From the NCBI GenBank assembly GCA_024626585.2, contig JANKJI020000002.1, forward strand, positions 3,285,188 through 3,303,087: DNA of 17,900 nucleotides, read 5' to 3'. Below are positions 1-9,293 of this stretch, piece after piece. The notes under the pieces are model-generated. The model was given only the letters and a program-made list of their open reading frames with translations, ran no database searches and was not told the DNA's origin. The translations under genes and the position numbers were made by a program. Origin of the DNA: Ginkgo biloba (taxonomy: Eukaryota > Plantae > Ginkgophyta). The first letter of the stretch is position 1. Each line of letters starts with the position of its first letter.

Positions 1-973
1 TTTCCTTGCCATAGGGTCATCCCCCTAGTTTTGTTTGCCTCCCTGCTAGTTCCCTGTGGCATTTCCCCTTATTGTTTAGCATCCTCCTTACTCCTTATTC
101 AACTGTGCATCTTCTTAGAGGCATTTCACTCACTGTAGGATGGCCCCGACCTTCCTTGCATCCTCTTGATTCACCCTCACTACCCTGTTCATCCTGTACC
201 TTGCCTGGTGTGTCTCCCCTGTGGCCTTGCGAGCTCCCCGCTTCCTTTCCTATGCTCGCCCACATTGTGGCACCCCTGTGGGATTATAGTGACATCGTCC
301 CCCTTTCTATCACCATTGTCACTTGCCCCCTATGCATGCCTCCTCATCACTAGTTATGGCCCCTCTCCTATGACCTCCGCGTGCCCTTGACGTTCATCTC
401 TTGACCCCAGTTGTCGTCACCATCGACCTCCCTACAAAAATGCAAAACATGAACAAAAATAAAAATAAAACAAAAATTTTAAAATCTAAAGTTCACTTGA
501 TAATTTGGTTTAGCCCCTTTTGGCCTTAGCCACAGTCACATGGAGGCCCATAAAACCACACCCCATGGACTTAAAATCGAGAATTGGTGTTAAGAGCTTT
601 TGCATAGTTTTACGAAGGGCCACTTGAGTCTTGAGAATAGCCACTTGCGCATCCATAAATGTAAGGAACTATTATTTTTATTCAGGAGGGATTGCCCTCT
701 TGATTACCCAAAAAATAGTGCCAAAATAATGATAAAATTTTAAACCATGAAGAGCACTTAAATTCTATTATGCTTTTGGGCATGTCCATTTTTCTAATGG
801 GCTTATCCATTTCTCCAAATGCCTTTTTCCATTTTTCTAATGACTTTATATGTTTATCTAATGAGCATTATCCATTTGTATAACAACTTTATTCATTTGT
901 CTAACGAATAGTGTTTGTTTGTCTAACAAACATTAGGCCCTCTCTTTGACCCCTTTTTTATCCCCAGTCTACA
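1..973 (-). mobile_element. Probable LTR retrotransposon LTR segment (terminus at 973)
   Basis: Strongly C-skewed non-coding block (1-430), then an A-rich tract and an internal 21-bp tandem array. It ends ...ccccagtctaCA at 973, which reads TGTAGACTGGGG on the minus strand, an LTR-like terminus. The other end is outside the window. Confidence 0.35.
784..932. repeat. Degenerate minisatellite, about 7 copies of a unit of about 21 bp
   Basis: Recurring unit of the form ttatccatttgtctaatgagc: tgtccatttttctaatgggc / ttatccatttctccaaatgcc / tttttccatttttctaatgac / tttatatgtttatctaatgagc / attatccatttgtataacaac / tttattcatttgtctaacgaat / agtgtttgtttgtctaacaaac. Confidence 0.75.
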
Positions 974-1170
974 ATGATACAAGTTCATTAATAATTAAAA
1001 ATTAAGGTTGTTGATACAGATCTCCCCCACCTCATGNNNNNNNNNNNNNNNNNNNNNNNNNNNNNNNNNNNNNNNNNNNNNNNNNNNNNNNNNNNNNNNN
1101 NNNNNNNNNNNNNNNNNNNNNNNNNNNNNNNNNNNNGAATGTAATAATACGCTGATCGTCATGCATGCAG

Positions 1171-1519
1171 GTGCATAGCCGGCTCTCAGAATCGAACAGA
1201 GGAGATGTGTACGAGACGGAAGTGATGCTCGAGGAGTTTCAGCAGACGGATGCTGCCAAGACGTTCTTTTCAACACTGGACTCACAGCTGAATAAAGTGA
1301 ATCGATTCTACAGAACTAATGAGAAAGAGTTTCTGGAAAGGGGAGAGACATTGAAGATGCAAATGCAAATTCTTATTGACTTTGAAGCAACTGTACAAGA
1401 GAATCCACAAAAAAAATCTGTTAGCAGACAGAGTAGTCTAAACTCACCTCAAAGCGGAATCATGGACAGCAGGAGCACACCATGCACGCCTAGAAGCGGA
1501 ATGGGCAGTAAACTTCAAG
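1171..1519 (+). CDS. PHO1: PHO1-family internal exon, SPX subdomain 2 region
   Basis: Acceptor tgcatgcAG at 1169-1170, with a CTGAT branch-like motif at about 1152. The frame is open: VHSRLSESNRGDVYETEVMLEEFQQTDAAKTFFSTLDSQLNKVNRFYRTNEKEFLERGETLKMQMQILID..., closely resembling PHO1;H1 VHKKLASS..GD.YETELL..F..TDAAK.FF..LD.QLNKVNQFY..KEKEFLERG. Donor CAAG|GTAGAA at 1520 (phase 1). Confidence 0.92.
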
Positions 1520-1615
1520 GTAGAAATATCCGAAGTCTTTGTATATTTTAATTTCCTCGCTTATTTTGTACAGAGGAGGAAAAACAGGTTGGGGAGAAAT
1601 AACAATTTTGCCCAG

Positions 1616-1687
1616 ATTTAACTGGTGTGCGCTTCAATACCCTGGAGACTAATCCTACTCCTGCAATAGTAATTCAGAAGCCTGTAT
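1616..1687 (+). CDS. PHO1: Probable 72-nt symmetric (phase 1-1) exon in the variable SPX linker
   Basis: Follows a 96-nt GT..AG intron (1520-1615, ending ttttgcccAG). It is open in frame (DLTGVRFNTLETNPTPAIVIQKPV) and ends at a strong GTAAGC donor at 1688. The phase fits both neighbouring exons. There is no homology support because the linker is variable. Confidence 0.5.
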
Positions 1688-1862
1688 GTAAGCATCAGCT
1701 AATCCTTCTCAATTTCCCTGATGTTTATTGCAGATTCCATTCACATAAATGCAATTTGCTAGCCCCTGACAAGCAGGGCTCTTAGTCTCTGTGCATGGAT
1801 AGATTTAGTACAGTGCTTTGAAGCTGAGAATATGTGATATGCCCTTGCAGTGAAGGTTGAGA

Positions 1863-2225
1863 AATGAGCTTCAATAATTCTAAGAAATTCCTGACATGAT
1901 GTGAAAGAGGAATGGACTAGTGATGGGATTTTAGATAAACCTGAAAAAGATCCCATGTTCTGGCAGAAAATGTGTGTTATCTTTATCTTTGGTTTTGTCA
2001 TGTCTACTGAGTTGGGGTTTGAGCCCATTCACCATAGGACACTTACGTCCAGTTAAGATCAAACAATGGGCTTCAATAATTCTAACAAATTCCTGAAATT
2101 ATCTGAAAGAGGAATGGGTGAATGATTGGAATTTCACATAAATGTGAAAAACAGACCATGATACCGCAGAAAATTTGAGTTATCTTTGATTTTCTTGTGT
2201 GTACCCAGATGGGATTTGAACCCAA
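1863..2225. repeat. Diverged tandem duplication, period 202 bp
   Basis: aatgagcttcaataattctaagaaattcctga (1863) matches aatgggcttcaataattctaacaaattcctga (2065). The copies stay alignable through tgaaagaggaatgg and gcagaaaat..gttatcttt to ggggtttgagccc (2014) and gggatttgaaccc (2211). Confidence 0.85.
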
Positions 2226-2799
2226 TTTGAACCAGTGGAGAAATTTACCTACACATTTTTTAGCACTAACCATCACTCTCCATATATGGAGGCCTTCTGA
2301 GAGAAGTGCAGGCCAATATGGTGCACACTAATTGAGCCCAATAAACGATTTTCCTATCCTAAATGTAGATTTTATACACTATCATTGTTACTTGCTAGAG
2401 CTCTTCAGGTGAGGCTAATATCAAGTAGATTGGGACTGCGTGGTACTAACAATGAGTTTGCATGTCTGAATCCATTTCCTCCCTGACAAACAGAGATGGT
2501 TGCCTGAATACATGCGTGGATGTATTCTGGCAAAAGCTATAAATTTCATGGTGTTCACAAGAGTTGCACTATGACCTGTTCTTTGCAGCCCATTGTCTTA
2601 CCACAGACATATACAATCGAAAGGCCACCTCTGTTGACTAGAATTCCTCCCATCACATAAAACTGTGTAATGGATTTACTTGTAATCATCTCACAAAAAT
2701 AATATTGTCCATGAGATGATTACAAAATCATTATGAAGGAGGAGGGCATGGGAAAAAAGGCTAAAAGTTAACTTCTGCAGATATCTAGGGCCAAGATAA

Positions 2800-3470
2800 C
2801 TTGTGCAGACTCTCTCTTTATTCCAGAATTTTCCTAGAGGATTCTTCTTTTGTAATTTCTGGTTGGTGGATGGAAATTCTTGTGAAGGATCACACCATTT
2901 TCCTTTGGCTTCCACTGACATAGCTTTATTATAGGCCTCATGAAGTGCCTTTATCTCAAAAAGTTCCCATCTTTTTTTGGATGTGTGTGTGAAGTCATCC
3001 AATATACTTCAGTGCACAATATTTTCTTCCTGGAATCTTCAGTTTAATGGTGAACTATTTAAATTCATTAGTATAGTTTGTAACCCTTTATCCAACCTTT
3101 TGCCTCAAGTAATGCCATTGAATTAGCTTGTGCAGANNNNNNNNNNTTATTCCAGGATTTTCCTAGAGAATTCATCTTTTGGAACTTCTGCTTGGTAGAT
3201 GAAGATGCTTGTGAAGGAGACTTGCTACTTCACCTTTGGCTTCCACTGACATAGCCTTATTATCAGCTTTGTCAAGTGTTTTAATCTGAAAAAACTCCAA
3301 TTCTTTTTGGATATATGTGAAATGCTCCAATCTACTTGAACATAGTATTATCTTCATCCTCCACAATCTTTAGTTTTAATGGCAAATTGACAAAATTCAT
3401 TAATTTAATTTGCAACCCTTTGTCCAACTTTTTGCCTCAATTATTGCCATTGAATTTTGAGGTTTTTTTC
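2800..3470 (-). mobile_element. Two tandem diverged Ty3/gypsy gag (capsid/MHR region) fragments, period 327 bp
   Basis: Units start at cttgtgcaga (2800 and 3127). The minus-strand reading, with stops and frameshifts, is NLKIQWQ*LRQKVGQRVAN*INEFCQFAIK..IVEDEDNTMFK*IG..YIQKELEFFQIKTLDKADNKAMSVEAKG, typical of the Retrotrans_gag LRQ..V..Y..EF region. Confidence 0.75.
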
Positions 3471-3889
3471 ATATCCACTTAGATCTATCATCACAAGCTA
3501 TGTTGGAGGCTTAGTCTATGAGGAACCCTTAGAGAACGAGTTACCTAGTTCTAGGAGGTTAACGAGCACCCTTGAATCACAAACAACTATGTTAGAGTTT
3601 GGAGAAGAACCTTTCCTAGGCAATGGTGGAGACAACTCTATGATGGAAGATAGAATGAATTGATTATAGATTCATTTTCATGACACAATGGCTTGAGAAC
3701 ATGATGGATCTTTAGGACTTTGTTTGAGAATAATTGTCTCTGATGATAAAACTAGTTGCATCTAATGCTGCAACCACTTAGCGACTTAGTTTTGTATGCT
3801 CAAGCAATGTTAGAGATTTAATAACCTCAAGCATAACCATGGGGAGAGAATGGTGAGAAATTCATGGTTTGGAACATTGACTCACACAT

Positions 3890-4239
3890 TATCTCCATTC
3901 CTTTCAAATTCCTTAAAGATGCAGGCTAAGGTGGCAATAGAGCCTTTCGATGGAAGGCTTGATGCAGAGAGATTGGACAACTCTTAAGACAACTAGAAAA
4001 CTACTTCCCTTGCTAAGTATACAACGTTACTTAGAGAATCACTTTCGCCTTATTAAAAATAACAAGCTAAGTCCTACTAAGGTCAAAAATATTTTGTGAA
4101 TGACAAAGGCAACAAGAAAGATTACCAATAAGTTTATAACTATCTGGTAGGTATTTGAACAAGCCATGATAAAGAATTTTATCTTGTTGCATATGGAAGA
4201 AACCTCAAGATCTAATGGCAATGCTTGAGGGAAAAGGGT
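3890..4239 (+). mobile_element. Ty3/gypsy gag N-terminal remnant
   Basis: Degenerate reading QAKVAIEPFDGRLDAERLDN..LENYF..RITFALLK...EFY..YGRNLKI*WQCLREKG matches the gag pattern KV.I..FDG..DA..LD.W...LE.YF. It runs into the gap at 4240. Confidence 0.7.
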
Positions 4240-4449
4240 NNNNNNNNNNNNNNNNNNNNNNNNNNNNNNNNNNNNNNNNNNNNNNNNNNNNNNNNNNNNN
4301 NNNNNNNNNNNNNNNNNNNNNNNNNNNNNNNNNNNNNNNTCTACCCAAATCCTATCTCGAGAGTCATAGGCGATCTCTCGTTACATGATTTTGATCTAAA
4401 GACCCCCAATTTGTCTTACAACATAAAGATCATTCGACATAATTATATG

Positions 4450-4825
4450 GTATTACATCCATACAAGGAACTATTGCTTAAGGGAAAAGGAAAAAACAAA
4501 CTAGCACCAAAATTTTACAGCCCTTATAGAGTACGAGCAAGAGTAGGAGAAGTAGCATTATGCATTGGACCTACCAAGTAAAGGTCGAATGTATGATGTC
4601 TTCCATGTGTTGTTCCTCAAAAAGTGGAGCGGGAAAAACATTGTTCCCCAAATGGAGTTACCAGTACTTGAAAAGTAAGGACAAATGATCCTTGAGCCAG
4701 AAGGAATTATGGAGATGCAAACTAGATAATTCTAGTCAAAAGATGTTTGAGAATATTACATCAAATGGAAAAATCATTCATACAAGGATAGCCCCGCCTG
4801 CAAATGCTTTAAGGATAAAGCATTC
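4450..4825 (+). mobile_element. Chromovirus (Ty3/gypsy) integrase C-terminus and partial chromodomain, degenerate
   Basis: LHPYK..LKGKGKNKLAPKFYSPYRVRARVGEVA (GPY/F module), then LDLP..RMYDVFHV.FLKK..MELPVL..GQMILEPEGI..EYYIKWKN...DS. The chromodomain ATWE segment is missing. Multiple stops are present. Confidence 0.88.
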
Positions 4826-4827
4826 TT

Positions 4828-4845
4828 AAGAGGGTGGGTGGTGGG
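4828..4845 (+). promoter_or_regulatory. Polypurine tract of the chromovirus element
   Basis: aagagggtgggtggtggg lies immediately after the pol end and directly before TGTTG at 4846. Confidence 0.65.
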
Positions 4846-5524
4846 TGTTGTGTTCCTAAAACACAATAGTGGCCTAGGAGGTCAAATCCCAAGGAGCCTA
4901 CATGAAAAGAGCAAAGGAACCCTTGAATAGCTTAAGGAGGCCTTCTACTTAAACCAAAACAAGGGCATTGGAGTTCTAAATCATTAAGATGCAGTTGGGA
5001 TTCATCCAGTAGTCTTAGTAGATGTAGTACCAACTAGGTACAAAGCACTACGGTTTAAACTATAAATAGGCTTAGTTCTCCTCTCATTTATCTTTAGACA
5101 TCTTCAATAGTTTCTACTTGTCTTTTGGTAAGAAGAAGAGTTCTTGGGAAGTATGTGCTTCCTTCTCTTTCAGGACTGTCATTCTCTTCCTTTCTTCTCT
5201 CCTAGCATAATTCTCTTAGGAAACAATTGCTTCCATATTCTTCTCTAATCATGATTTTGAACCGACCAACTTTGGACTAGCTTGACTAGCGACATTATTA
5301 TTATATTTGAAGATCATGTCCACAATTGCATGTGTTTGCAGTGTTTTATCAATTGAAGCATATTATTTCTTGTTATCATTAGTAAGTGCCCATTTGGGAC
5401 CTTGCACCCAACTTATACTAAATGTTGAGGCTAACTACACACAAAACATTTGCTAACAAATCTGTAAATGTATAATCATTCTAGGTCAACTTTGGCTTAT
5501 GTTTGTGTCTTTCCATCTCTTATC
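4846..5524 (+). mobile_element. 3' LTR of the chromovirus element (right end uncertain)
   Basis: Starts with TG right after the PPT. An LTR-type TATA box cTATAAATAGG at 5060-5070 is followed by a CT-rich tract. A candidate end is ..cttatCA at 5524, but no second LTR or TSD is available to confirm it. Confidence 0.55.
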
Positions 5525-6439
5525 ATTCCTTCCTCAAAAAGATTTGTGTAAACATAGAGAGGGAATATTTTCTTGAACTATAAGTAACACTCAACCTTGA
5601 AGTACGTGTCCTAAGCTAAGTTGTCAATGTGAATAATTTTTAGGGAATCTAATTGTGTTCCTTTATCCCAATTGGGCATCTTTACAGTTGAAGACATACA
5701 TAATGTGAATGAAGTCCTTTTCTTCTTAGAAATCATAAGTTGTCAATATGTAAAATCTTTTTGGCATTTAAAGAATGCTTGATAGTGGAGAAACTAATAG
5801 GCTATGGAGATGAGAGGTAGTTCAATTGATGAAAAAAATAATGGCAGGGCTTTTATTGAAAGCTAATGGATGGCAGAAGTTTGATGGAAATGACCGAAAA
5901 AGTAAAGATGATGATTGTTTGAATTATTCACAAAAAAAATGTAAAGATTAACTTAATGGTTGATGGAGCAATAAATGCCATTGAATTAATAAGTGGACTT
6001 ACAATGACACATTAGTAAAGAAGCTTCTTTTACAAATTCATCAACTAATGACAAAACTATAGAAAAGCGATGGAAACAATTTTTATGTTCAAAAGATGAA
6101 ATTGAATTCCTTATGAGGGCCAAACAATAGGGTTATGAACAACATTTTCATAGCCTAAGATTAAAATATAGATAAATAAGTTCACATATGGAAAGAATTG
6201 ATCCCAACTAATGAAAAAAGTTCATTGTCCACTAGTGATGAGGGTGTTGTGGGTGACATAGTGGAAAACTTGATAAATAATCACTATAGTAGAATTTTAA
6301 ACCCTTGAACTGTAATGGCCTTTTGTTTTCAAATACAAAATTTCCCTTTGAAATGAGGCACTGTCTTCCGTGGAATGGGTTTTTGAATGAGTGGATATGA
6401 GGCCAACTTTATAGACAAAAAGTCAATGGAGAAGATCAT

Positions 6440-6560
6440 GGTGCAATCATTTGCAGCTAAGATGGTGACAATGCAGTGGATACTAACGATTGGCATTGAC
6501 ACGAAGTCTGTGAGGGATGTTGTTGCAATCCTTGCAAATTACTATGCATTGTATCTCATT
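6440..6560 (-). mobile_element. Possible hAT-type transposase remnant
   Basis: The minus strand reads M.SNLQG..TT.....PIVSIHCIV.ILAANDC, resembling the hAT M.G...G..........L..IHC.AH.L.LA..D motif. It is short and degenerate. Confidence 0.3.
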
Positions 6561-7877
6561 TAGTCGTGTCCTTTGCACAACATAATTAATTCCTTTATCT
6601 TTTGCTTGTTGTGAGCTTGTCAACAAATGATATTGCTACCATATATCTCTCTTTTCTCTTTAGTATATGGATTCCACCACCCTAAGACAATCATTTTTTA
6701 GTCTTATTTACAGCCTTTTGAGATGATGTCAAATTTGAAAATGTCTAGGGAAAAAAATAGGAGTCTCTTTCAAGACTTTCATTGCCCGAAACTTTACATA
6801 AGCATCTTATGTTAGTCTAAAAAATAATGTTAATGTGGGGGGAATTCATGTTNNNNNNNNNNNNNNNNNNNNNNNNNNNNNNNNNNNNNNNNNNNNNNNN
6901 NNNNNNNNNNNNNNNNNNNNNNNNNNNNNNNNNNNNNNNNNNNNNNNNNNNNNNNNNNNNNNNNNNNNNNNNNNNNNNNNNNNNNNNNNNNNNNNNNNNN
7001 NNNNNNNNNNNNNNNNNNNNNNNNNNNNNNNNNNNNNNNNNNNNNNNNNNNNNNNNNNNNNNNNNNNNNNNNNNNNNNNNNNNNNNNNNNNNNNNNNNNN
7101 NNNNNNNNNNNNNNNNNNNNNNNNNNNNNNNNNNNNNNNNNNNNNNNNNNNNNNNNNNNNNNNNNNNNNNNNNNNNNNNNNNNNNNNNNNNNNNNNNNNN
7201 NNNNNNNNNNNNNNNNNNNNNNNNNNNNNNNNNNNNNNNNNNNNNNNNNNNNNNNNNNNNNNNNNNNNNNNNNNNNNNNNNNNNNNNNNNNNNNNNNNNN
7301 NNNNNNNNNNNNNNNNNNNNNNNNNNNNNNNNNNNNNNNNNNNNNNNNNNNNNNNNNNNNNNNNNNNNNNNNNNNNNNNNNNNNNNNNNNNNNNNNNNNN
7401 NNNNNNNNNNNNNNNNNNNNNNNNNNNNNNNNNNNNNNNNNNNNNNNNNNNNNNNNNNNNNNNNNNNNNNNNNNNNNNNCAATTCAAAGTTCTATGCATG
7501 CACTCCTTACTATTATGATGAACAATTAAAGTGTTTCACATGCCTGTCCTATCTATCAACATTTGTTGGTGATCTATATATGTATTAGGTGTGCTGGTTT
7601 ATCTTTATATGTTTGTGGGAAAGTTCTAAATACACAGTGCTTGCCAATATGGCGAACAATGATGTATTGTGATACAACATTTTTGACATTCTCTATGGTC
7701 ATAAAATGATCTATAGACATGGTATCCACACAATAGATGAAAACCTATAAAACAAAGAAGTGACAGTTTATTGTGTTTCAATTGTGTAAAATACCATTAT
7801 ATAAACTTTCCTCCCCAAATTTTAATTTGTAATGACTTTATGATGAACAATGATGTAACAAATATTGTTTTACAAAG

Positions 7878-8186
7878 ATGTAACAGATATAGTTTCACAA
7901 TGCAAGGAGAGTGATTCTAAAGAGAAAAAGCAAGAAATGGTCATTGGTGTGAAGAAGAACTCCGTCTCATTTGTTGACTCACACAAGTATTCTTCTGATA
8001 GTCAATCAAAAGGTGGAAAAAACAATGTGAAATCTTTCACCAAAGAGAATGCACACCATCGGAACATGAAGTTAGAAATTCCAGTTACTACACCGACTAT
8101 GACAATTGAGACTGTAACACATGTTGTGGAAAGATTTGGTGATCCAAAGAAAGAAGACACCGGCTATAAGGAAATGCTTTGAGCAA
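7878..8186 (+). pseudogene. PHO1: PHO1-family exon (SPX linker and start of subdomain 3), frameshifted and 3'-truncated
   Basis: EMVIGVKKNSVSFVDS resembles PHO1 DEVIAALERNGVSF, and KLEIPVTTPTMTIETVT resembles LRIDIPATTPTRTITAVT. The conserved continuation MLWKDLV (ATG at 8121) is in a different frame and stops at TGA 8187-8189. Phase-1 acceptors are possible at AG 7876-7877 or 7885-7886, so the 5' boundary is uncertain. Confidence 0.8.
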
Positions 8187-8322
8187 TGAGTCTCAAATAT
8201 CTTTAAAGAGTGAGAGGTATTATCGTTTCAATGATGAATTTGGAATATTATAATGATGATGATATTGGAGAAATTGGTCTGCATGCACGTAGAATGGGAA
8301 AGGCAAGATATAAGAACGAGAA

Positions 8323-8503
8323 GCTACATGCAGAGGAAGTACAAAAACTGCACGCTAACTATTTGACAAAATCCTTGAAAGAAAAATGGTTTCATGGATT
8401 ACCATGATCACAACTTTTGTCTTAAATGGCAAATTAAAGGATGCATGCCAATTGTTTGATAAAATGCCTGAGAGAACTATTGTCTCATGGAGTACAATGT
8501 TGC
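8323..8503 (+). pseudogene. PLS-class pentatricopeptide repeat (PPR) gene fragment, about 2 short motifs
   Basis: Translates as ATCRGSTKTAR*LFDKILERKMVSWITMITTFVLNGKLKDACQLFDKMPERTIVSWSTML. This gives two copies, 31 aa apart, of the A..LFDKMPER.VVSW.TM S-type PPR signature. TAA at 8356-8358 replaces the expected CAA (Q). Confidence 0.85.
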
Positions 8504-8739
8504 AGGAAGAAGGAGAATCAAGTGAGAGATCACAACAGAGCAAAACTTTATATAAAAAAGTGAAAAATAAAGAGAAAAAAATGAGGGAGATTTAGTTTAT
8601 TGCAAGACTTTAGAACATTTATTTGTGAATGATTTCAATNNNNNNNNNNNNNNNNNNNNNNNNNNNNNNNNNNNNNNNNNNNNNNNNNNNNNNNNNNNNN
8701 NNNNNNNNNNNNNNNNNNNNNNNNNNNNNNNNNNNNNNN

Positions 8740-8860
8740 TATTTTTTAAGGAGTTTGGTTAAGGAAGAGGCTATGTGGACACACCCTTTGATAAACTTCA
8801 TGTATTACCCAATGATTCTGAGGAACTCCCTAAGGCTAGTAATGTTTTTATGTGTTGATT
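8740..8860 (-). mobile_element. Ty3/gypsy (chromovirus-type) RT thumb/connection remnant
   Basis: The minus strand reads KNITSLREFLRIIG*YMKFIKGCVHIASSLTKLLKK, against the consensus KN...LRGFLGLTGYYRKFIKGYA.IA.PLT.LLKK. Confidence 0.8.
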
Positions 8861-9293
8861 GATCTTGCTCAACATGAATATGTTTGTGTACTTTGGTTGT
8901 CATGGTTTTAATACTTCTGAAGTCATCACTATACGTGTAATATACTCTACAATACCTAGGGACAAATGTACCCTATATGGTACAAGAGAGTACTATAATT
9001 AATTTTATGTGCATAGTATAGATGATGGAACAAACTTCTTTTCATATGAATAGACATGATAAACACATAGAGTTGAATCCTCAAAGCTCTGGAATAGCTA
9101 AATGTCAACTCTTTTTTTTCTTTTATTGTTTTCTATATCCTATGAATTATTTTTCTTTCATTCTTCCATTTGACCTGATTTAACATCTCGTCAAAATTTG
9201 GTAACATCCAAGCAATCTCTACTTTATGTAGATTTTCTTAGCATTGAGCAGAGGATAAAAGTTGCCTGATTAGATAGTTTTTGTTTGTAACAG

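Noticed and set aside
72-390. Pro/Leu/Cys-rich ORFs of 93 and 74 aa
   Set aside because: A by-product of C-skewed repeat DNA that lacks stop codons. No domain was recognised.
784-932. CRISPR-like periodic repeat
   Set aside because: The units are head-to-tail, degenerate and lack unique spacers, and the context is eukaryotic. It is a minisatellite.
1574-1587. Possible 14-nt micro-exon (tgtacAG|aggaggaaaaacag|GT)
   Set aside because: The upstream intron would be only 54 nt, and the exon would break the phase needed by the downstream exons.
6817-7588. ORFs of more than 200 aa in the track
   Set aside because: They consist almost entirely of the 627-N gap. Other X-rich ORFs at the 100-N gaps are artefacts of the same kind.
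8210-8407. 65-aa ORF
   Set aside because: Its 3' half is an off-frame reading of the PPR fragment, and there is no independent coding evidence.
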